From NCBI GenBank assembly GCA_016202815.1, contig JACQNZ010000008.1, positions 33,932 through 97,931 of the forward strand: 64,000 bases of DNA, written 5' to 3'. Position numbers and translations under genes: made by a program. Shown piece by piece: positions 56,711 through 64,000 of this stretch. The stretch's first letter is position 1. Each line of letters opens with the position of its first letter. This stretch comes from Candidatus Aenigmatarchaeota archaeon (GTDB taxonomy: Archaea > Aenigmatarchaeota > Aenigmatarchaeia > JACPZZ01). Below the pieces are notes generated by a model, which worked only from the letters and a program-made list of their open reading frames with translations, ran no database searches and was not told the DNA's origin.

Positions 56711-57920
56711 CCCGTTCAGCAGCGCCCATTGTGTAAGCAACATCGTAAATGTAACCGTTGCCAAAGACCGAAGAAATAAAGTACGCAATTACGACCAGCC
56801 ACACTATCGTGGAAACAAGCACGGCCGCGCCTTCCCTGTTCCCGTATTTTTGCGCATGGTAATAGGAGGGAAACGACACCGAAAACAGTATAGAGGCAAA
56901 CCCGGCCACTACGACCAGCGTCCCGGCTATCTGGCTCCTAAACACGGTATACAGGGAATTTCCCAGGAAAATCATCGAGGTTACCAGAAGTGAAACAGCG
57001 GCCGCCGACAGGAAACCAGAATAAATTATCCTGGAAAGCTGCGACTTCCTGGCTTTTCGTATAAAGCCCAAAATGCCTCCGAGCAACCCGCCGCCTATCA
57101 GGAAATTTATCGCAATGATGGCGACGGCAACACCAGCCATTTCCTCGTAATAATTCAGTAACCACGCATTTTTTTCATTGTATCTGCCAGTGACATGGAA
57201 ACTCTCCCACGGATCGAGGTTTGTTTTCGTTTTTACATAGCCGCCCGCGTAAACGACATTGTCGGAAATTGTCTTTATGAAATTTGCCTGTTCGCCGGCT
57301 ATCGCCACGCCTTTTGGCGCAGATAACGATTCAAACGTTGCGATGTTCTGTATGTACGTTGTTTTCGTCTCGCCTCCCCTGAGTGACAGGTCATCGTCCA
57401 CGTTAACCGCAACCCGCAGGTAAGGCGTGTCAAAGGGCGATTTTATTGTTTCAAAGTCAAAGTCGAAATTAACATTTTTTTTGGCATAGCCGGCGGCCTT
57501 GTAATAAATTATCAGGCTTCCGGTATCGCCCTGTTTTATCGGATTTGTCAGGTTTACCGTGATTTTTTTAGACCACGAAAGCTGCTCTTCGGCAAAGTCC
57601 GGGGTGGAATATTTTTTTCCGTAATAAGGATAATCGTAATAGGGATACCCGTCATTGGCGCGCACCTGCGTTTCCTGGAAAACGTAACGAATGTTCACGC
57701 GGCCCGGTATTTCCAAAACTATTTTGCTTATGTCTTCCTTGCCTGTGTTAAGTTGGATTATTTTCGCAATAACCGCAGCTTCGCCCTCGCCGTCAAATAC
57801 CGCCTGGTAATAATGCCCCGGCGATCCAGAATAATAGGGAGGCGAAAAGACGCTCGCCGAGGCAGGCATGGCGCCGGCTAGCAGAACCAATATCATCAGC
57901 GTTGTTATCCTGTTGCTCAC
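56703..57920 (-). CDS. Exported/membrane hypothetical protein
   Basis: Signal peptide and C-terminal TM bundle. Confidence 0.7.
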   Translation of the reverse strand: MSNRITTLMILVLLAGAMPASASVFSPPYYSGSPGHYYQAVFDGEGEAAVIAKIIQLNTGKEDISKIVLEIPGRVNIRYVFQETQVRANDGYPYYDYPYYGKKYSTPDFAEEQLSWSKKITVNLTNPIKQGDTGSLIIYYKAAGYAKKNVNFDFDFETIKSPFDTPYLRVAVNVDDDLSLRGGETKTTYIQNIATFESLSAPKGVAIAGEQANFIKTISDNVVYAGGYVKTKTNLDPWESFHVTGRYNEKNAWLLNYYEEMAGVAVAIIAINFLIGGGLLGGILGFIRKARKSQLSRIIYSGFLSAAAVSLLVTSMIFLGNSLYTVFRSQIAGTLVVVAGFASILFSVSFPSYYHAQKYGNREGAAVLVSTIVWLVVIAYFISSVFGNGYIYDVAYTMGAAERAN

Positions 57921-57956
57921 GACCTGTTATTCTGCGGAAGCGCTAATAACAGGCTG

Positions 57957-58460
57957 CTAAATATTCGGGTTTTTCCCCAACCGCTGTAGAAACACGGCTT
58001 TTCTTGCGACCAGATAAGCTGATACGATCACGAGCAGGGACGCAATCACAACCAGCATCGAAGAAACTCCAGGAGCGGGCGCAACTCCGGTGGGGACATA
58101 GTCGCCTTTACCCGGCGCAGCCGACGCTTCATTCATCGCATAATAGCCGGTCGAACCGAACCCTATCGCGAACAGCACCAGCGCGATCGGTATCAGCACC
58201 CTTATCTCGCTCGGATACGGCGACAACAGATTTTTGCAGTCCCGGGTAAGCGAATAGTATTTCCATTTCCTGCCCTCGTCTTCTTGTTCCACGAGCCCGG
58301 CCCGTGCCATGGAATCCAGATGTTCCTTTACAGTGGATGCATGCATTTTTAGCCTGCCAGAAAGCTCTGTCAACGTCATGCGCCTTTCCTTGAGGTATTT
58401 GATTATTGTCAGCCGCGTCTCAGAGCCCAGTGCCTTCAAAACCTTGACGTCAAGTTCCAT
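57957..58460 (-). CDS. ArsR-family regulator with C-terminal TM helices
   Basis: KALGSETRLTI..L, STVKEHL and WKYYSLT. Confidence 0.85.
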   Translation of the reverse strand: MELDVKVLKALGSETRLTIIKYLKERRMTLTELSGRLKMHASTVKEHLDSMARAGLVEQEDEGRKWKYYSLTRDCKNLLSPYPSEIRVLIPIALVLFAIGFGSTGYYAMNEASAAPGKGDYVPTGVAPAPGVSSMLVVIASLLVIVSAYLVARKAVFLQRLGKNPNI

Positions 58461-58587
58461 GAACTTAACTCTGCAAACAGTGTATTAAAGGCTTCTGGAT
58501 TCAAAAGCCGCCAAAATAAGCTTTTTTTAGCGCTAAAACGTTCAAAAATGACATAGATTTATAAGGGAAGCCGTATAATAACATATA

Positions 58588-58851
58588 ATGGCTGGCAGGC
58601 GACAGAGTTCTTCCGGCGATTTGAAGGATTCCATTCTTTCTGTTATGGGAAAATACACCAACACGCCAATGAGCATACAGCGCCTTAGTTTATTGATTTC
58701 TTTTGAGAACAGGGGCATGACAACGTCGTGGAAAACTGTGAAAAAACACGTCGACAAGCTCGTTGTTGAAAAGAAATTAAAGACCATCAAACTGCCGAAC
58801 GTGGAAAAACCCGAGGAAGGTCCTATAACAGGCTATCTTCTGAAAATGTAG
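58588..58851 (+). CDS. Small winged-helix-like hypothetical protein
   Basis: SWKTVKKHVDKLV pattern. Confidence 0.55.
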   Translation: MAGRRQSSSGDLKDSILSVMGKYTNTPMSIQRLSLLISFENRGMTTSWKTVKKHVDKLVVEKKLKTIKLPNVEKPEEGPITGYLLKM

Positions 58852-58900
58852 GGCTTCTTTTAAAACTTTATTTAAACCTTGGCTTCAAAATTAGTAGGCG

Positions 58901-59872
58901 GTGGCCATGGAAGAAAAAAATTATGACGTAGTCATTGTCGGCGCAGGCGCGGCCGGCATGACAGCTGCCATTTACGCTGCGCGCAGGAACCTCAAGACCG
59001 TCATTCTTACAAAAGACGTGGGCGGCCAGACGAATACGACGAACCACGTTGAAAATTATCCCGGCCTCGGCGTCATGGACGGCCCGTCCATGATGAGGAA
59101 GTTCGAAGAACAGGCAAAGGATTTCGGTGCGGAAATCTTTTATGAAGGCGTGGAAAAAATAGAAAAGTTGGGAGAAAAGGACTTCCGCGTAATTACAAAC
59201 GAAGGCGTTTACCGTTGCAAATCCGTTATCCTTGCCTTCGGCAAGACGCCGAAACTTATGAACGTGGCCGGCGAAGTTGAATTCACGAACAGGGGAATTT
59301 CATACTGCATCACCTGCGACGGCCCGCTTTTCAAGAACAAAATAACAGCCGTTGTAGGCAATTCACACACAGCCCTGGAAGGCGCGGAAATTTTGAGCGG
59401 CATATGCTCGAAAGTTTACGTTATACACAAAGTTCCAAAATTCGCAGGCCACGAAAATGACGTTGAAAACCTGAAGAAAAAAGGCAACGTTGAATTTGTA
59501 AACGCTTCTGTCAAAGAGGCGAAAGGCGACAAATTTTTAAAGTCTGTTGTTGTTCAAAGAATGAATCCGGGAGAAGCGAAGGATATAGAAATCAGCGGCT
59601 TGTTCGTTGAACTGGGATTCGAATCAAAGACCGATTTCGTGAAAGACATGGTAGACCGCGACGCGCTGAAGCAGATAATGATCAACGGCCTGTGCGAAAC
59701 AAAAACGTCCGGCCTGTTCGCGGCCGGCGACGTCACGAACATGCCGTTCAAGCAGATCGTTATTTCCGCAGGCGACGGTGCCAAAGCGGCGCTGCAGTGT
59801 TACAATTACATCAAAGGCCTGAAAACCGTGATATCAGCGGACTGGGCGGCACTGAAAAAAGGGAAGAAATAA
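58901..59872 (+). CDS. trxB: Thioredoxin reductase-like FAD oxidoreductase
   Basis: GAGAAG, GGQ, CITCDG and FAAGDVT. Confidence 0.9.
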   Translation: MAMEEKNYDVVIVGAGAAGMTAAIYAARRNLKTVILTKDVGGQTNTTNHVENYPGLGVMDGPSMMRKFEEQAKDFGAEIFYEGVEKIEKLGEKDFRVITNEGVYRCKSVILAFGKTPKLMNVAGEVEFTNRGISYCITCDGPLFKNKITAVVGNSHTALEGAEILSGICSKVYVIHKVPKFAGHENDVENLKKKGNVEFVNASVKEAKGDKFLKSVVVQRMNPGEAKDIEISGLFVELGFESKTDFVKDMVDRDALKQIMINGLCETKTSGLFAAGDVTNMPFKQIVISAGDGAKAALQCYNYIKGLKTVISADWAALKKGKK

Positions 59873-59905
59873 ATTCGGTACGCTCGTTCGGATATTGATT
59901 GCATC

Positions 59906-60634
59906 TTACACCTTTGCGCCCAGAAAAATGCCTATCAAATAGCCAAGTATAGCCGCGATTGTCCCCACAACGGCAAGCTCAAGCCCGCTCCTTACCCAGC
60001 TGCCTATTGTGAGGCGCGATTTTATAGCGCCAAAAACAAACAGCGACACGGTTGACGCTACGATCCCCCACATCACTGCAGAAGAGACGGAGAGGAAAAA
60101 GAACGGCACTAACGGAATCAGCGACCCTATAATCGCTGATACGCCTACCACCGCGCCTTCCATCACAGGCTTTTTCGACCTCGATTCAGCCAGCCCAAGC
60201 TCCTCGCTCATCATCACGTCGAGCCACAGTTTTTTGTTGGACGTTATCTTGCGCACTATGTCATTCAGTTGTTTGCCGCGAAAGCCTTTTTTGTAATAAA
60301 TTATCTTTACTTCTTCCCTCTCCATTTCCGGTATTTCCCTGATCTCCCTTTTTTCCTGTTCGACCTGCTTTTGGTAATAATCCTTCTCAGCCTTTGACGA
60401 CGTGTACGCGACAGCGGCCATTGAGATCGATTCGGCCATCGTGGCAGCCAGGCCAGCTATGATGATTATTCTGGAGTCGTTCGTTGCAGCGGCCACGCCA
60501 AGTATCAAGCCGAGAACGTTGACCAAACCGTCTTGACCGCCCAATATGACCTGCCTTAACAAAGAGCCTGTTTGCGGGTTGCGCTCCTTTTCCATGTGGT
60601 CTTTTACGTCCTTTTTGACTTTCACAATATTCAT
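59906..60634 (-). CDS. VIT1/CCC1 transporter family protein
   Basis: LGGQDGLV, AESISMA and MMSEELGL. Confidence 0.92.
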   Translation of the reverse strand: MNIVKVKKDVKDHMEKERNPQTGSLLRQVILGGQDGLVNVLGLILGVAAATNDSRIIIIAGLAATMAESISMAAVAYTSSKAEKDYYQKQVEQEKREIREIPEMEREEVKIIYYKKGFRGKQLNDIVRKITSNKKLWLDVMMSEELGLAESRSKKPVMEGAVVGVSAIIGSLIPLVPFFFLSVSSAVMWGIVASTVSLFVFGAIKSRLTIGSWVRSGLELAVVGTIAAILGYLIGIFLGAKV

Positions 60635-60667
60635 TCATTTCTTAAGCTATAAATTAGAATAAACTTT

Positions 60668-61444
60668 ATGCCAAGCGAAAAAGTGTTTTACGAAAACACG
60701 AGAAGCCTGAAAATTGCGGCGATACTGGATAAGCCGGAAAAGTCGGGCAAAAATCCCGCCGTGATAATATGCCACGGGTTCACGAGCTTCAAGGAATTCA
60801 AGCCGCTGGTTAAAATATCGCAAAAATTGGTTGAAAACAATTTCATAACCATGCGTTTCGACTTCTCCAATTGCATAGGCGAAAGCGAAGGCCGTTGCGA
60901 GGATATGCTTGTTTCCCACCAAATAGACGACCTGATATCTTCGATAAATTTCCTTTCAGAAAATGAAAGCGTGGACAAAAAAAGAATTTCAGTAGTAGGC
61001 CACTCACTCGGAGCTTTTACGGCGATATTGACAGCGTCAGCGGATAAAAGAATAAGGAGCATTGTGCCGGTAAGTTCGCCGGCCAAATTCGAATGGCATA
61101 CGCTATTCGACGAGAATACGCTGGAAAAATGGGCAAAAGAAGGGCTGATGGATCATAACACGTTTAAAAAAGGTCACGTTAAGCTGCATTATAATTTTAT
61201 CGAAGATTTGAAGGAGTACGACGCGACCAAAATAATCAGGCGGGTCAAGTCTCCGACAAGGTTTATTCACGGATCCAATGACATAATTGTGCCGCCAAAA
61301 AACTCCCAAGCGCTGTTTGAGAACGCCAATGACCCAAAGGACCTCCGGATCATAGAAAACGCTGACCATGTGTTTTTGAAAGACGAGTTTATAGGGCAAC
61401 TAGTTGACATTACATCGCAATGGTGCATAAAGCACGGCAAATAA
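60668..61444 (+). CDS. Alpha/beta hydrolase
   Basis: CHGF, GHSLG, HGSND and ADH. Confidence 0.92.
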   Translation: MPSEKVFYENTRSLKIAAILDKPEKSGKNPAVIICHGFTSFKEFKPLVKISQKLVENNFITMRFDFSNCIGESEGRCEDMLVSHQIDDLISSINFLSENESVDKKRISVVGHSLGAFTAILTASADKRIRSIVPVSSPAKFEWHTLFDENTLEKWAKEGLMDHNTFKKGHVKLHYNFIEDLKEYDATKIIRRVKSPTRFIHGSNDIIVPPKNSQALFENANDPKDLRIIENADHVFLKDEFIGQLVDITSQWCIKHGK

Positions 61445-61488
61445 AGACAACTCTGCGATGTCAATACCACTTTAACGCAATTCGCCAA

Positions 61489-61578
61489 CTACTTCTTATT
61501 GGCGGGCGCGCCGCAGCAATTCTTGTAGTCCTTTCCAGAACCACACGCACATGGAACAATTTCCTTTTCCTTAGCCAT
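61489..61578 (-). CDS. 29-aa SEC-C metal-binding micro-protein
   Basis: MAKEKEIVPCACGSGKDYKNCCGAPANKK with SD GGAGG. Confidence 0.8.
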   Translation of the reverse strand: MAKEKEIVPCACGSGKDYKNCCGAPANKK

Positions 61579-61598
61579 ATTATCTCCTCCTTCGATTT

Positions 61599-61640
61599 TT
61601 AACAACACCCATTTTTACCGGATTTCTTTTTTTTGTCCAC
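61599..61640 (-). CDS. 13-aa basic Cys-Cys micro-peptide
   Basis: GTG start after GGAGGT; MDKKKKSGKNGCC. Confidence 0.5.
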   Translation of the reverse strand: MDKKKKSGKNGCC

Positions 61641-61701
61641 AGATATTACCTCCTGATCCACTTATGATACTAGGTATATAAATTATACTATATATAGAAT
61701 A

Positions 61702-61721
61702 AGGTATCGTGGGCGATACCT
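61702..61721. promoter_or_regulatory. Inverted repeat, candidate operator of the HxlR-family regulator
   Basis: AGGTATCG-TGGG-CGATACCT, 9 nt before the regulator start. Confidence 0.55.
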
Positions 61722-61730
61722 ATCGAAAAT

Positions 61731-62033
61731 ATGAAAGCCGTATCGAAAGCCATAGCTACAATAGGAACGAGGCATAGGCTGGAAATTATCTGCGCGCTTT
61801 TGGCCAAGGGGCCTTCAAATTTTAACGAATTAAAGCGGGTTTTGGGAATGAATTCCACAACGCTGTCGAGGACGCTGAAGTTTTTGGAAGGCAGGGGAAT
61901 AATAAAAAGAAATGTAATAAACGAACGACCTGTTTCGGTCAGCTATTCATTGACAACCATAGGCCAGAGTTTCTCTGATGTAATGGAATGCATGGATAGA
62001 TGGGGGAAAAAACTAGCTAAGACAAGCGCATAG
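61731..62033 (+). CDS. HxlR/DUF24-family transcriptional regulator
   Basis: FNELKR, TLSRTLK.LE..G, V.YSLT..G and WG. Confidence 0.9.
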   Translation: MKAVSKAIATIGTRHRLEIICALLAKGPSNFNELKRVLGMNSTTLSRTLKFLEGRGIIKRNVINERPVSVSYSLTTIGQSFSDVMECMDRWGKKLAKTSA

Positions 62034-62095
62034 CCCCACAGAAAGCGGTTTTTTGTAAAATGTTTAAATATCATGGAATACGATAATAACTAGTT

Positions 62096-62836
62096 TTGAG
62101 TGATCCGATGAATAAGAAAAATGAAATAGTAATACAAAAAAACACCCTTGTTTTAATTTCTATAATTGTTCTGCTTTCCTTGACCGTTGTCGGTTTGGCG
62201 GGCCTTTATTTAGGCAAGCAGACGATCACGCCAGACACAGTCACCACAGGGACGACAATCCAGCAGCGCGCGTCCGTTTCTGCAGACGACGACCCGTCGT
62301 TAGGCGATGTTAATGCTCCGGTCACGGTAATAGAATTTTCTGATTTCCAGTGCCCGTTCTGCCGCGCATCGTACCGCGACGTCCTGCCGCAGTTCAAGAA
62401 CGATTATGTCGCATCCGGGAAAGTGAAATTCGTTTACCGGGACTTCCCGCTGGCGCAAATACACCCGGCCGCTTTGCCGGCAGCAGAGGCCGGCGAATGT
62501 GCAGATGAACAAGGCAAGTTCTGGGACATGCACAACAAAATTTTCGGCGAGCAGGACAAGAAAGGCCAGAGCACGGTGGCTTTTAACACGACCGACCTGA
62601 AGAACTGGGCGGCAGAAATAGGATTGGACGCGCAAAAATTCAGTTCGTGCCTGGATTCAGGAAAATACAAATCCGAAGTCGCGAAAGACCTTTCCGACGG
62701 CGAAAACGCAGGCGTACAAGGCACGCCAACATTCTTTGTAGGAAATCCAAAAGACGGTTATTCTGTCATACCGGGCGCAGTGCCTTACGACGTTTTCAAG
62801 CAGGTCGTCGACCAGGAGCTTGCGCGAGCCGGATAA
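62096..62836 (+). CDS. DsbA-family membrane-anchored oxidoreductase
   Basis: EFSDFQCPFC, DFPL and GVQGTPTF. Confidence 0.92.
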   Translation: MSDPMNKKNEIVIQKNTLVLISIIVLLSLTVVGLAGLYLGKQTITPDTVTTGTTIQQRASVSADDDPSLGDVNAPVTVIEFSDFQCPFCRASYRDVLPQFKNDYVASGKVKFVYRDFPLAQIHPAALPAAEAGECADEQGKFWDMHNKIFGEQDKKGQSTVAFNTTDLKNWAAEIGLDAQKFSSCLDSGKYKSEVAKDLSDGENAGVQGTPTFFVGNPKDGYSVIPGAVPYDVFKQVVDQELARAG

Positions 62837-62889
62837 AAGTTAAAACTGATAAAAACGGGTTTAAATTTCTTTCTATCAGACAATCTACT

Positions 62890-63615
62890 GTGAAGCTTGT
62901 TGGAACTCTGCATAACGATCTGGAAGGCCCTCGAAGGCTTAGGCGGTTGCTTGATTATCTTAGCCCGGAGGCGATTACCATAGAGGCTGCTGCTGGGTTT
63001 CCGCTTGATGAAATGGTAAGAAAAATATCGGAGAATAATAGAAGGAAGAGCAGAGCGGTAAATTCGATTAATGGCCCGCAGAATATGAAACAGCTGTATA
63101 CGGAACTCTGCGAGCTTGGAGGTTATGAAATACTTGTTTCTGTTGAATACGCCGGTATCAGAGGCGTGCAAATTCATGGCGCAGATCATCCGCAAACAAG
63201 TGTGTTATTGGACTATGATACAGACGAGATTTTCTTGGAAATTGTAAAAAAAGAATTTGGCGGCATGCGTCCTGAAGTAGCGCGCATCCCATACAGCACC
63301 TTAAGGAGGCGTTACACGGAACATTTCAACAAAGGTTATTACGACCCACATGTTATAACAGCGATGGACCAGCGTATGTCACCAGACGCCAAGGCTGCGT
63401 TAAAAAAAGCCACGGAACATGAGGGTCTGGAACCGGAAGTCCGGGAACAATTTATGGCGGATGAAATTAGAAGGAAAAATCCACAACTGCATGTGGGCGG
63501 GCTTTCCCATGTTTTTGAAGGTTACCCGCTGGGGGTTACACCATTGTTCATGCGGCTGGGAGGCATCGTTTCGGAAAGAATGCGCCTGTCAGAAGCGGAT
63601 TCTATAACGCCGTAA
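62890..63615 (+). CDS. Hypothetical protein
   Basis: GTG-start ORF; LVGTLH...ITIE...HVGGLSH pattern reminiscent of the TraB/EreA fold (weak). Confidence 0.6.
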   Translation: MKLVGTLHNDLEGPRRLRRLLDYLSPEAITIEAAAGFPLDEMVRKISENNRRKSRAVNSINGPQNMKQLYTELCELGGYEILVSVEYAGIRGVQIHGADHPQTSVLLDYDTDEIFLEIVKKEFGGMRPEVARIPYSTLRRRYTEHFNKGYYDPHVITAMDQRMSPDAKAALKKATEHEGLEPEVREQFMADEIRRKNPQLHVGGLSHVFEGYPLGVTPLFMRLGGIVSERMRLSEADSITP

Positions 63616-63627
63616 TGTTTACAAATT

Positions 63628-64000
63628 TCATTTCTTCAAAACTTTCATGAAATCCTTCAACGCCAGCGTATTCACGACATCCTTGCGCTCTGCCCACGCC
63701 CGCCTCGCAACGCCTATGCCGAACCGCATGTTCGCAAGTTGTTCGGCGCTGTGCGAGTCCGTGTTAACAACGAGCTTGCAGCCCATTTTAATGGCGTCGC
63801 GCGCATTGATGTCGTTTAAATCGAGCCTCTTTGGCTGCGCATTGATCTCCAGCAGCGTTCCCGTGCGTTTCGCGGCGTCAAAAACTTTTTCGAAGTCCGT
63901 GTCAGCGCCTTTGCGTTCTTCTATGTCCCTGCCGGTAAGATGGCCTATGACATCCACGTTTTCATTTTCAATCGCTGTTATCAGCCTCTTTGTGTTTTGT
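63628..64000 (-). CDS. polX: DNA polymerase X / PHP domain protein, C-terminal part
   Basis: DVIGHLTGR, LEINAQPKRLDL, NTDSH and GIGVARRAW. Confidence 0.88.
   Translation of the reverse strand, partial: QNTKRLITAIENENVDVIGHLTGRDIEERKGADTDFEKVFDAAKRTGTLLEINAQPKRLDLNDINARDAIKMGCKLVVNTDSHSAEQLANMRFGIGVARRAWAERKDVVNTLALKDFMKVLKK

Overview
Archaeal genomic window, most consistent with a DPANN-type genome (inferred from aRF1, rps19e-PDCD5-rpl39e-rpl31e-eIF6, rpl10e, an S-layer gene, ADP-forming acetyl-CoA synthetase and large secreted Ig/Cys-rich proteins). Most genes are housekeeping (valS, metG, tyrS, serS, uppS, trmI, trmJ, rtcA, ppsA, trxB). Six tRNA genes (Ala-CGC, Ile-GAT, Thr-CGT, Trp-CCA, Gly-TCC, Leu-TAA) carry 10 introns between them, 5 at non-canonical D-arm or T-loop sites. 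The main unexplained signal is a family of about 30-45 nt hairpin elements with asymmetric ends (AACTRG-stem-loop-stem-CAGTY). I count 16 copies plus 2 half copies, none inside a CDS. They make up whole tRNA introns with bulge-helix-bulge geometry, nest inside one another, stack in tandem, and sit in tRNA 5' leaders and a terminator-like loop. Other findings: a second hairpin+ATCAAAA repeat family, a probable C/D guide inside the tRNA-Leu(UAA) intron aimed at its own wobble U34, an aRF1 with GGW in place of GGQ, an orphan DGR-like target gene, Cys-rich and acidic micro-ORFs, and a frameshifted HEPN gene. Coordinates were counted by hand and may be off by 1-2 nt.
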